Shown piece by piece: positions 22,466 through 34,622 of a stretch of DNA of 37,470 bases. Position numbers and translations under genes: made by a program. The notes below the pieces were generated by a model. That model saw only the letters and a program-made list of their open reading frames with translations, made no database searches and was not told the origin of the DNA. The first letter of the stretch is position 1, and every line of letters starts with the position of its first letter. Origin of the DNA: Welwitschia mirabilis (taxonomy: Eukaryota); NCBI GenBank assembly GCA_051453625.1, contig JBOZIK010000001.1:9474931-9512400 (forward strand). The letters are read 5' to 3'.

Positions 22466-25434
22466 TAGAATTTTAATATAATAAGGTAATTAAAGTTATA
22501 ATTTTTCATTATTTTAGGGGTATGAGATTACACTTAGAGGTAATTTTGTATTTTTCAGGCCACAAGAGTGTCAGAGGTATGATGAGCAGAGAATGATACA
22601 TTTTGATTCATTTTGAGGTAAATTGTAATGCTCATGATTAAAAGTTCAGATATGTGGAGAATGGAGGATTACTTCAACTTATTTGCCCCAGAGATATTTC
22701 ACAATCCCTTCTCCATCATCATATTTCATCCACATACTATTATGATGATTTAGATTCATTCTGACAATAGATGCATGTCATCAAAGCACATCAGAACCTA
22801 TTAGGGTATCAGTAGATTGGAAGTCTACATTCTGGGAGCTCTAACTCTGTCATTTCTAATCATTTCTAAGTCATTTTGATGTTTTTTATGTAATATCAAT
22901 CATAAGAAATGTAATTAAGCCAATTTACATTGTGAGGTTTTTGGTGGTTATTATGATAACTTCTTATGGCGCTACAAGACCAATCTCAATCGAATTCTAG
23001 CATTGTAGCACTATATAGCAGTTAGTACATGATAAGCACGAAACACATGCGGAAATTTGGAAGTTTTGGCACCTACTCACTTAATGCCATATCAAAAACA
23101 CATTCACAATACAAGTTATCATACGTATTTTATGCCATTTTGGTACTTCATTTTGCATTGGAAGGAGTTCTGGTCACATCTCCCTCTCTCTCATTTCCTC
23201 TCTTCCAAGTTATTTTCCTCTCTTTACCAACTTTGGAAACCTTCTCTATTCTCCAATCTCATTCATTGTTGCATCATCCATTTATTCTCATCCTCTTACA
23301 TTCTTTCACATTCAGTTTCTATTTTCATTTCCCCCATTTCCATCCATCAAAGGGCATTAGGATGTCGTAAAGTCCATGTACTCAAGTGGTGTAGGAGGAG
23401 GAGAAGGCATCTAATCTTGTAAGCATTTGGATGAAAGACTAATGGAAAAGGCCATGATTACATCTGAAACTAATAAGTGTTCTTTTCCCTTATCTTTTCA
23501 TGCTTATGGTTACATAATTTATTCCTTTTTGTCATACATTCCTTTTGATTTGATTAGATTTTTATATCATGTTGCTTATTTAGTGCTAATAGGATTGTCA
23601 TACATTTATGATCTATCATAGCAATCTCTAGTATTACATGGTTGGTAACTCTGTGTCAAAGAAAGCATGTGTTTTAACCCTTTTCTCTCTTCTTTCCTCC
23701 TTTCTTCTTATTTGTTCTAATATCATTCTCTTACATTTCCACCCTTTCTTGTGACGCACTGAGTGATAAATTCTTCTTTCTTCTTTCCTATAGCATAAGT
23801 TTAGCATGTGCGTTTGTAACATACTCAAATCTGAATTTGAAATGTTTCTTTTTGCATTAATTTTTTTCTCTCTTTTCCTATTTCTCTACTAAAGTAAAAA
23901 TTGCTAAATTTCAGTGCTTGTTTTAACCATAAGTCTTTTTCTATAACTCGAATTACTCTCAAACTTTGTCAGTAGATTCCTCTTTTGATTTAGAAACTTT
24001 CATGTACATTTAGTCAAAACCCTAATTTGGTCTCTAAAATTTCGTTCGTCGCTGATTACAATTGAGCTGTAATTTCACGTAGAATTTTTCTGAATCTATG
24101 AAATCTTAAATTTTCCATTTTTGCATAGTGAATTTTTTTGTCACCATTCTTGTGTTTTTCAAAAAGTTAAGAACTGATCTTGTAGTACCTATTTGAGTAC
24201 TTTTAGAATATGAAATTCATTTTTTCTCAAATTATCTAGTTTTCTTAATATTCTTGGTCAGCATAGAGTTTACTGTAATTTTTGTAGTTTTTCTAAGGTT
24301 TGTTTCTTAAAGATTATAATCGATCTTATTTGATTTTGAATATGTGATTCTAAGGACTTGTTTTTGGAGATATTATGATTGCTTTGATGGTTTTGAAAAG
24401 TTTTTAAGTCATTTTTCTTAAGTTTTTTTTCCTCACTTTTCTCTCTTTCCTTTCCTTCTTTGGGTCAAAATATCATGAAATGACCTAGGTTTTGCTTTGA
24501 TAGAATAAACATTCACATGTTGGTTTTTGATCAATTACTTCTTGATCTATAATCCAAGATATATGTTACACCATTGTTACAACTCATTTGAGGTTTAACT
24601 AATAGTTATCTTTCAAGTGAAATACATCAGTAAAAATATTATTAAGGTTAAATGGTTTAGTATATTAATTTTAAGAATCATGTTTCCAAAGTGCTCTCTC
24701 TTGATTTTTAAGTTGATGTTTAATTAGTCAAGAATGAAACAAGTCTTTTAAATGACTCATACATAGCCATTTTACATTATTTTGAGTAGTGAAGTTTTCA
24801 AAAAAGATTATTTTAGCTAATAATGACTTAAGCTAGTTTTGACTACTTTAACTCTCTTTATCATTGGTTTGAGTTATAAATGATCTTTAGAGAAGTAGTG
24901 AATGTTTATCAAAGATTATTTCTTTCTTATTTAGTATTTATTCTTTCACATCTTGTGAAATTAAGCTTTTTATGAATGTACCTCTTAAAATTTATTATAT
25001 GTCATGTATTATGATTACATGAATGTCACTTGTACGTATTGCTAATGAATAATTGTTTTATCATTTGAAGTGACAGTTTGAAATGATAACGTACAATATT
25101 TTTCTTAAGATTATATATCGTCTGTCGGTTCAATACTTGTGTGCTTCTCATTTAAAAAATTGAGCTTTTCCTTTGACCAGCAAGAAATTTGGACACATAA
25201 AACAACAGTACCTAAAGTTTAAGGATGATCTCCTCTAGTAAGACTGACACTAAAACTTCAAGAAAAATTGGTTTTGTTGCTATAGAGGAAGATGTTGTGC
25301 TATGATGTTGATGGGCTAAGTATAATCTTTTTGCCTCGAGATCGTAATTTGCAGCCATGGGACTGCTTTCTGCATTTGCTAGTGTCTATTCTGCCTAGTG
25401 TATGTCTTATTGTTGCTAAATGTTTCAAGATTAC

Positions 25435-26539
25435 TATTAGGATCGGAATGGCACCCTAGAGGGGGTGTGAATAGGGTAATATCAAAATTTTCAGAATTAT
25501 CAAAACCTTGAATAGATAATAATTCTAAGAATGTAAACAAGTCTAATAAAATAAGAACACAAATATAGAAGTACACCATAGATTTATAGTGGTTCAGCAA
25601 AAGTGCCTACTCCACTCTCATAGGACAGCAATAGCCTTCAACCTCCTGGTTCCCTTAGTTCTTTTCTCAAGAAACTTACAACACCCTTCTCCTCAAGTGT
25701 TTTCACTACTTCTAGCACCCTACTCAAGGGTCTTAATGCTTTCACAACAAACCCACAAAGAGCACAATACAATAGCTTTGATCTGATATAGCTTCTGATG
25801 GAGTGTATACCTAACTTGCATCAATCATCAGCATATACAAACAAATGCTCCTCAAGGAGTTGATGTCTCGGTAAGGTGCAAGATTGTTACATAAATCAAA
25901 TAATACAGAGGGAAGCACAGTGTATATAGAGTATGAAAATTTTTCTCCAATGTAAGAAGTATAGTGTTTATGGACAAGATGCCCTTTTATACATAATGAC
26001 ACAATGACGAGTTGTTGTAGTCTCATGTAGAGTGCTTTTGTCTTGGTTGATGTGCCAGAGGAATATTTAGATTGTTTGCTCCTTGATTTGCTAAATCTGA
26101 CACTTCCAACGATCAAACTTCCACCTCAACGTTTGCCAAACTAGACATCCCCTTTCGAAAACCCTGACGTCACAATTTTAATCACATGGTTCGTCCAAAC
26201 TGAGAAGGGGACCAAATGTCCCAATTCCAAGGGTTGGACGTCCCTTCTTATACAAATCTGCATAGAGGCCCAGATCTCCCGAGAAGATAATCTAGACGTC
26301 CTTATGTATAACCATTGCACAAAGGCCTAGACGTCTCGATGACAAAAGTAGACATCCCAGTCAGAAAAACTAGACACACGTCCGGACATCCAGAGAACGA
26401 TAGGCGAACGTCCTCATATAAAACACCATGCATAGGTCTGGACATCCCAAACAATAAGGGTAGACATCCCAATATGTTGATTAACTTAGTTTAGATTGTA
26501 AGAGACCCAAAATCATCATTGAAACACATTTCTCTAACA
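25435..26539 (-). repeat. 3' LTR of element 2
   Basis: Collinear with 34623-35725; termini TA (decayed TG)...CA; TATA-like TATAAAA on minus at ~25985-25991; GACGTC-motif cluster ~26140-26470. Confidence 0.94.
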
Positions 26540-26553
26540 ATCTCCCCCTTTTT
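26540..26553 (-). other. Polypurine tract of element 2
   Basis: Minus strand AAAAAGGGGGAGAT adjacent to the LTR; extra copies at ~26603-26611 and ~26875-26886. Confidence 0.9.
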
Positions 26554-27104
26554 AATGATGACAACCCTGTCTTTGGAAGCTTAATGAATAAGGAGCAAGT
26601 CACTCCCCCTTAATTTGTGCTCCTAAAAGTTGACAATTACCTACACGAATAGACTTAGCAAGGGCAATCTTGATAGATTTGATTAGCACATTGCGAATCT
26701 GGACTCATGGGAGAAAACTTCCAACAATTCATAGGGGTGAAAGATCATGATAAGCTTAGAAAACTATGAAAAATAATTACGATTCAAAGTTAATTAAAAT
26801 GTATTGACAACTACATGATTCATTGGAATGTAGTGAGTTTACTCATAACTTAAATGCTTTTTGTCCATCATTATTTCTCCCCCTTTGTCATTATTGAAAA
26901 GTGATAGTTAGGATAAGGTAAAATAACACAAGAAAAATAAAATTGGACAGTCCAATTGAGATAGACACAAAGGATAATTTTTATCACTCAAGAAGGATTA
27001 CAAAATATAGTACATTTTGATGTACAAAAAGAGAAGATTACAATAGCACTGAGAGAACACTACTTAGATAAGCCATCATGCTCAAATACAGTCGGCTGCT
27101 CTCC

Positions 27105-28141
27105 CTATTCTTCTTCTTTATCAGAGCCAAGTAGGATATCAAGACCATATGTTGACAGACCAAATATTATGCAATCAACCTTTTTGTGTACTTTATCTAC
27201 AGGGGCCTAGGCTTTTAAAGCAATGTTTTTCACTTTGGTAATGGCTTGTAATATATCTTCATTTGAAATGGGCCCTGAGCTTAAGCTTGTGCTTTTTGAA
27301 TTTTCTTCCTTTTCTATGGTGGAGGTAGAGGACCTTCAATGTCTAAGAAAATGTTCATCTTTTTGAGAGAGTAGACCCTAAGAGGTTTAGGCACTTTGAC
27401 TAATTCATCCTTTTTATCCACAACAAATTGATGATTCTCTAACAGTAGTGCAGTGATGAGACCTCCACATAGTAGACTAGTATAGCTAGAAACAATAAAC
27501 TAACTCATATAATGCACGATGAATTTACACAAGTTAATTTTCACTCCAATGCCAAGACAAAATAAAATATAAGTACACAAAAGAGACACTTCATCTTTGT
27601 GACTCAATTTAGGAACCAAGTTATGTGTAGAAGTTTGAAACAAAACTTGATACAAGGGCTTGAATTTGTTTGTAGATATGTTGGCTCCCCGATTTACATG
27701 TGCTCCACATAATTCATCTGTGAGAAAGTCCTTTGAGATTGCTTCATTTAAAGATCCAGCATGAGTTATTTTATGAAACATTCCTTCATTAGGATAACTA
27801 CTGACCATGCCTCTAAATCAACATTTACTTTCTTTACCAAAAACCTTTGTACTTCTCCAATGTACTAGGACAAAAATGGCATTACAATAAAACATCCTTA
27901 CCATTTTGATAGAGGCTTTGGTGTCAAGATCAAGGGTATACAACCAGCCTTGTTCTTCAAATCTGTGTGGTACCCGGACTTCCTGCCTAAAAGATTCAAA
28001 ATCTATTCTTCTTTTTGGAGCTAGGGGTATTTTTAAGAAGCAATTAAACCATAGCTTCATGTACTCTGCAAATTGAAACCATTCTTTTTCAGATGCTAGA
28101 TCTTTTTGTTTCCTAGAGGTAGCAAGCTTAGATCCGACCAT
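27105..28141 (-). pseudogene. Extra 3' ORF (ORF2) of element 2
   Basis: MVGSKLATSRK...FEEQGWLYTLD...MVRMFYCN; THNLVPKLSHKDEVSLLCTYILFCLGIGVKINLCKFI; C-terminus homologous to 1038-1349; stops and frameshifts. Confidence 0.85.
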
Positions 28142-28252
28142 GATGGAAGCTGAAAAGAGTACACAAGAGAGAAACTCTGAAGAGGAAGGAGGTTTGAGCA
28201 AGAAATAACTGAAAACAAAGTTGAAGGGGCTTTCAAAATGAAAGAAAAATGC

Positions 28253-28447
28253 AGGCGTCCACACAGATTTGCATCCGTAGACAAGGGCAGATGTCTGGGT
28301 TTGTGAACTGAGACGCCTGGGCTTTTAAAATCCAAATTTTTTTCTTAAGTTTAAAAGGTGGACATCTGAAAAAAGATCTAGAATGTCTGGGTTGTAAAAA
28401 CCCAAAGAGGCTATGGGGACGTCCAGGTAAAAATCCAGAACATCCAG
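28253..28447. promoter_or_regulatory. GACGTC-type motif cluster between pol and ORF2 (element 2)
   Basis: GGCGTCC, GATGTC, GACGCC, GACATC, AATGTC, GACGTC and AACATC variants in the same position as in element 1. Confidence 0.5.
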
Positions 28448-29647
28448 ATGACGAAATGATGTCAAAATGAAGGTACAATCTAGAAATTTTGAAGACTACT
28501 CAGAAAAGATGATGACAAAGGTGAGAAGCATTCGGATTTTTATTTAAAAAATTGGATTATTGAATGGGGAGAAAGTCCTATATCTAGATTCTTTTTAAGA
28601 TAGATAAATCGTTCCTCATTCAATCCTTTGGTCATGACATCTGCAATTTGATCTTGAGTAGGAACTAGGAACATACTCTAATGTAATGATGTTGTTTTGG
28701 ACTTGCTCTCGTAGAAAATGATGTTGAATGTCTATGTGTTTCTATCCTTGAACGTTGAACAGAGTTCTTAGTGATATTGATTGCACTTGTATTGTCACAA
28801 AAGAGTTTGATTGAATCCAATGTTACTCCAAAATCTGTCAACATTTGTTTCATCCACAAGAGTTGAGCACAAAAGGCACCAACAACAATGTATTTAGCCT
28901 TAGCTGTAGATAGCAATGTTGACTTTTGCTTCCTACTTAGCCAAGACATTGAACAATTTCATACATAGAAACAAGCACCACTTGTACTTTTGTGGTCATC
29001 TACATACCCAACCTAATTAGCATCACTATAACCAACTAGATTTAGCGAAGTATCATACGGATACCACAGATCATGGAGTTGAGTCATCTTAAGATATCTC
29101 AAGATATGTTTTATGCATATTAAATGAAATTCTCTTCGATCAGATTGATATCTTACGCATATTCTAACACTATGAACAATGTTAGGTCTACTAGCAGTGA
29201 CATACAAAAGACTATCAGTCAATCCTCTATACAAATTTTTAATCATCCTTTTTCTCATCTCATCCTTGCATATCTTGACATTGGTTGATAGGGGTGTCTT
29301 AGCATCTTTTGCATCTCTCATTTTATACTTGTCTAAGACCTCTTGAATGTACTTTGATTGACAAATAAAGATTTCATCTAAAATTTGCTTAATCTAAAGT
29401 AAAACTCATTTCAAATTCATTTTGCATTAGTTGAGGAAAATCTAAGGCAAGCCGGGGATGTAGCCGTACGACGGAAGCAGTAGACTTATAAGGTGGTATA
29501 GTCATTTACCAGGTTCAGGTGGGCGTATTGGGGAATGAAGGGAAGGGGAAAGCAGGCAGTGTAGGGGTGAGCAAAGCTCACTCGCACGTTGACGGCAGTG
29601 TAGGAGAGGAACTAGTTGCAAACAGTACGACTTTCCATGATACATAG

Positions 29648-29849
29648 AGCCACCTAAAGACACTTTACGCCCAATAAATCCGAATAACGCTTGCATCCTT
29701 TGTATTACCGCGACTGCTGGCACAGAGTTAGTCGATGCTTATTCCTCAGATACCGTCATTGCTTCTTCTCTGAGAAAAGAAGTTCACGACCCGTAGGCCT
29801 TCTGCATTCACGCGGCATTGCTCCGTCAGGCTTTCGCCCATTGCGGAAA

Positions 29850-29929
<80 letters not shown>

Positions 29930-29989
29930 TGATCGTCGCCTTGGTAAGCCATTGCCTCACCAACTAACTAATCAGACGTGAGCCCCTCC
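29648..29989 (-). rRNA. rrn16: Plastid-type 16S rRNA gene fragment (non-functional nuclear copy), cut by an N-gap
   Basis: Contains reverse complements of universal 16S motifs (CTGCTGCCTCCCGTAGGAGT; GTATTACCGCG[A]CTGCTGGCAC) and plastid-type GGAAAATTCCCC and GAAAAGAAGTTCACGACCCG; C>T/G>A changes at conserved sites. Confidence 0.93.
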
Positions 29990-30487
29990 NNNNNNNNNNN
30001 NNNNNNNNNNNNNNNNNNNNNNNNNNNNNNNNNNNNNNNNNNNNNNNNNNNNNNNNNNNNNNNNNNNNNNNNNNNNNNNNNNNNNNNNNCCCTTCTCGAC
30101 ATGCTAGCCCACCATGTCTAGGTCAGTACACCCTAACCTGGTTCTTATTCACTACTTGCCCTGATCCGAGTCCTCCTCCGGCCGTTATGGGAGCCTGGTC
30201 TCTCTAACAGCTATTCCATCTCCATTATCCATCGCACCTGCTCACCATAATCCGTAGCACGTACTACCTCCTCCCGATAGTTACGATCAAAGCACGTTAC
30301 GTTATATATGTGGTGTGGTGTGGTGTGGGGGCAGCAATTACATATGTAATGAAAATGAAGTTAGTAAGTTGATGTGGGGAACATCGAGAGTATCCCACCG
30401 ATCGATTGTCCAGTTATGGGATGCTCGGTCGCAGCGGTTCGACATGGAATCGTCTGTGACTATCGACGGGTCTGCTTGACGCCCTGC

Positions 30488-30617
30488 GCACTATATGCAC
30501 TGGGTGGGTGGGTCATGCACATACTGTACTTACCACCTTGCACTATATGCACTGGGTGGGTGGGTCATGCACATACTGTACTTACCACCTTGCATGCACA
30601 TACTGTACTTACCACCT
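30488..30617 (+). repeat. 52-bp tandem repeat (2 full copies plus a half copy)
   Basis: GCACTATATGCACTGGGTGGGTGGGTCATGCACATACTGTACTTACCACCTT at 30488 and 30540, followed by a partial copy. Confidence 0.95.
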
Positions 30618-33600
30618 CTATATTGCTCTAGTCTGTGGGCTCACTGTACGACACATTCGAAGGCAGCCCTGGGTTACAGCTTTCGGTAACTCATTGAGCT
30701 CCCCACTACACCCCACCACCAATACGTAGGCAAGTTACAAAGACTATCGGCGGAGGACGTAGACGAATTGACTGTGGCAATTGATTGTAGCGGCTTGATG
30801 AGTAAGGTGGAGTTAGCATTCCCTTTAGTAAAGTTTTTTGAGATCAGAAAAAGAGTTGAGCCTATCAAGCCAAGCTCCTAGAGCTTGTTTCAGACCATAT
30901 AAAGTCTTGCTCAACTTAAAAACATGAGTAGGAAATTTTGAATTTACAAAACCAGGTGGTCAAGCAACATAAACTTCTTGATTTATATATCTATTCAAAA
31001 ATGCACTCTTCACATGCATTTGATATAGCTTCATCTTGTGAAAAGTTGCAAAGGCTAATAGCATTATAGTTGCCTCCAACCTAGTTACCCAAGCAAACGT
31101 CTTACCAGAATCTATCCATTCTCGTTGACTCTATCCTTGAGCTACAAGTCTAGCCTTATCCTAAATTATATTGTGATCTTCATCCTTCTTATTCTTAAAT
31201 ACCCATTTTGTTTCGATTATGGGTATTCATTTGGGAGCAAGAACAAGATTTCAAACTTTGTTTTGTTCAAACTGATTAAGTTCTTGTTGCATTGCTAACA
31301 TCCAAACATCATCATGCTTTGCCTCTTGGAAAGTTTTAGGATCTAGAAAAGAGACGAAACACAAAAAACTACTACTTATACTTTTTCCACTCCTAGTGGT
31401 TGTCGCTTGATCTAGGTTACTTATAATGTTATCTTGAGGGTGATCTCTTTTAGTTCTAAGAGGAAGAGATGAGCACTTTTCTATATTGCTTATTTCACTG
31501 GAACTTGAAGTTGAAGGAATAGTATGACTTAAGTGAGTAGGAGGAATGATGTCATCATCATTTCTAATTTCTTTAGGAATATCATTTTTTGTCTTCCACT
31601 TTTACTTGCATAGATTACTCAACTTCGCATAAGGACGTTGTATACTCTGTCAGCCTTACTGGTTATTGAATAGCCCAAAAAGATCCCTTCATTAGCTTTA
31701 GATTCAGGTTTACTTCCTGTCCCTTCATCTTTCAAAATTAAACATTTGCTACAAAAGACTTTGAAGTAACTGATTGTAGGCTTTCTTCCATTCCATAATT
31801 CATAAGTAGTTTTACTTGTTCCTAGACGTAAGAGGACATATTACTTACGTAATATGCAATGTTTACAGCTTCAGCCAAAAAATATTGTGGTAATTCTTGC
31901 TCATTGAGCATTGTTTTTGTCATCCCAATAAGAACTCTATTCTTTCGTTCAGAAACTCCATGTTGTTAAGGAGTCTTAGGAGTTGATAATTGATGAAATA
32001 TTTCATTCGAATCATTATATCTTTCAAATTTCACATTTACAAACTTTCCTCCCCTGTCCGATCTAATCATTTTAATAGTGTATCCTTTTTCATTCTAAAT
32101 TCTCTTACACACTTAACAAACATTTCAAAAGCATCATCCTCAGTTGAGAGAAATGAAACCCAACTGTACCTTGAAAAATCATCCATCGTGATAAGGAAAT
32201 ATTTTTTTCCTCTAATACTTCTAGTGTGTATTGGTCCTACTAAATCTATGTGAATTAGGTCTGATGGTCTAACAAACGTGGTCTCCATTTTTCTTTTGAA
32301 AGAGGACTTAGTGAGCTTGCCTTTTATACCTAAATTGCAAATTCTCTAGCTTGAGAAACATCGAGCTTAGGATCTCCTTTTACTATTTCTTTGGTAGATA
32401 TATTCTTTAAATCCTTGAAATCCATATGGCCCAATCTCCTATGCCAAAGGTTTACTTCTTCATCTTTGACCGTATAACATCTTTCTCCCTATTTTTCGTC
32501 ACAACCTAACACATACATACACTTGGACCTGCTGCTTGTAAGAGTAACATTGTTAGAGGAAGCATTTTGAACAACACATTTGTTTTTGTAAAATGACACA
32601 ACATTTTCTCTATCACATATTTGAGATATACTAAGCACGTTTTGCTTTAGCACATCTACGACATATATATCATTTATAGTTGGATGATTTCTGTTGGTTG
32701 TGATAGACCCTTTACCAATTATGGGCCCTCTACTATTGTCATCAAAGGTTACTTCACCACCATCATATTCTTGAGATGAAGAGAGTAAACTTCTATTACC
32801 AGTCATGTGTCTGAATAACTACTGTTGAGGTACCATTTCGACTTTACTTGAGCTCTAAAGGTGGCATGGGCAAATAAAGATATAGAACTGCTTTTTTTCG
32901 CCCACTGCAAGTTGCTTTTTTTAATTTGATGGTTGGCATACTTCCTTGTGAATCTTATATTGTTGTTGAATCCAAAATAAAATGATTTCTTGTAGGGACA
33001 AGAGAATTGAATGTGTCCAAATTTGTTGCAATAATGACATCTCAAACTTACTTAACTGAAAGATTGATATTTAACACTCAAAGTGAAGTTTAGATCGAGA
33101 GGAGTCAAGCTATCAGAACTTCCTATTCTAGACTTATCATATGGATTACATCCAATGCCTAATAGCTTGTTCAAGTTGTTTTTTTCCCTCTTAGATTAAG
33201 CGACAAGTAATAAATTTTGCATCTTCAAGATCCTTTGTTAATGATTCTTTTTTGGTATTGGCTTCTTTTATCTCGCTTTCTAAGTCTTTTACAGTTTTCT
33301 TATAAATACAGTTTTCCTTGCCTAGGTCTATACTAAGTGTATACAACCTTTCATAAGCATTCAATAATTCATTGTATTGTAAATCGAAATCATCACAATC
33401 TCGAAAGTCAATTTTAGACGAAGTATGCTCATTTTGTAAAAAAGAGCAAGTAGCACTAAACCAACAATGATACTTACCTCATCTGCTACCACAAGGAGTC
33501 CAAAGTCCATGATTTCTTCATCACTTGAGCTTGCATTGTCTCCATTTGAGTCATCATCCCATGTTGCCTTCAACACCTTCTTTCCTTTTCTTTTTGTCCT

Positions 33601-34516
33601 TTGTCCTTTTTGTTAGTGCATTCTAAAGCTACATGACTAAAACCTTTATGCTCATAACACTGAATAAAGGAAGAATTCTTACTTGTATCACTTCCATGGT
33701 TAAAAGGTCTTCTTGCATTCCTTCTTTCCTTTTTCTGAGAAATCGTTTGAAGTTTCTTGTTAATAATGCAAGATCTAGGTCTTCTTCATCATGACTTGAG
33801 GGTTCTTCATATTCTTCTTCACATGCTTTGAGTGCTATACTCCTCTTCTTTGGTGATTGATCCTCGAGTAAAACTGTTGCTTCATATGCCATCAGAGAAC
33901 CTTTTAGCTCCTTTGTTCTCATTTGAACAATGTCCTTGCTTTTTTCAATAGCTGTAATCGTTGATCTGAATTTTGGAACTAAGCTTCTGAGAAATTTTCG
34001 AACCACTCTAGTCTCAGGCACCCTTTCTCCAAGACCCCACATACCATTGACTATGTTACTAATTTTAATTATGTATTCAGAAATAGATTCAGCCTCCTAC
34101 ATCTTGATATTCTCAAACTTAGTGGTAAGAAGTTGTAGCTTTGTGTTTTTTACCATGTTTGTTCTTTCATGAGCAATCCTAAGAGTTTCCCACATGTCTT
34201 TTGCTGTAGTGCACTGGACTACTCTGTCATATTCCTTCGTGGATAAGGCGCAGATGATACTATTCATTGCTCATGCATTGAGTTGGGCCTTCCATCTGTC
34301 ATCAAGATTCCATCCACTTCTTATTTTCAAGGTAGTCTTACCATTGTTGTCCAATGTTGTAGGAAGTTTATGTCCACTCAAGATAGTTTCCCAAATGTTT
34401 GGGTCAATAGAGGTCAAAAAAATCATCATCTTGGACCTCCAATCAGCGTAATTTGTCTATTGAAGAATGGCAGTCTGGTGACAGCGTCACCTTCTAGATA
34501 CTCTTGAAAACTTGAG

Positions 34517-34584
34517 GATGCCATGAACTCTAGACCTGAAAACACAGATAGATGCCATGAACCCTAGTCCTGAAAACACAGATA
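34517..34584. repeat. 34-bp tandem duplication covering the gag start codon of element 2
   Basis: GATGCCATGAAC(T/C)CTAG(A/T)CCTGAAAACACAGATA twice, two mismatches. Confidence 0.93.
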
Positions 34585-34607
34585 ACCAAATAAATTTAGA
34601 GCAATCA

Positions 34608-34620
34608 GGCTTTGATGCCA
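34608..34620 (-). other. Primer-binding site (tRNA-Met type) of element 2
   Basis: Minus strand TGGCATCAAAGCC, 2 nt from the LTR end; two mismatches to canonical. Confidence 0.85.
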
Positions 34621-34622
34621 AT

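Larger units (their letters stand above)
17740..23600 (+). mobile_element. 5'-truncated Ty3/gypsy retrotransposon, Athila-like (boundaries approximate)
   Basis: RT-RH-INT order, extra ORF at ~20895-21780, PPT-like tract and probable LTR start near 22454-22456. I could not recognise gag/protease or a matching 5' LTR; right end of the LTR not determined. Confidence 0.8.
29452..30793. other. GC-richer organelle-like insertion (probable NUMT/NUPT mosaic) within RT of element 2
   Basis: RT homology to element 1 is lost abruptly after ...AAGGCAAG (29451) and resumes at CTTGATGAGTAAGG (~30794). Contains a plastid 16S fragment. Mitochondrial origin of the flanks is inferred from composition only. 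Confidence 0.7.
28540..34524 (-). pseudogene. gag-pol of element 2, decayed and interrupted at ~29452-30793
   Basis: gag MWGLGERVPETRVVRKFLRSL; zinc knuckle CHYCNKFGHIQFSC; protease region WYLNSSYS/HMTGN; integrase LIHIDLVGP; RT/RH LLYVTASRPNIV, SWLSRKQKS, CDNTSAINITKN. Confidence 0.94.

Noticed and set aside
23029..23828. Several hydrophobic ORFs that could be read as membrane or envelope proteins
   Set aside because: They arise from CT-rich low-complexity LTR-like DNA and show no conserved motifs.
29502..29873. ORFs overlapping the 16S fragment; also possible bacterial contamination
   Set aside because: The ORFs are spurious rRNA translations. The 16S has plastid-type signatures, shows decay, and is embedded in a nuclear retroelement.
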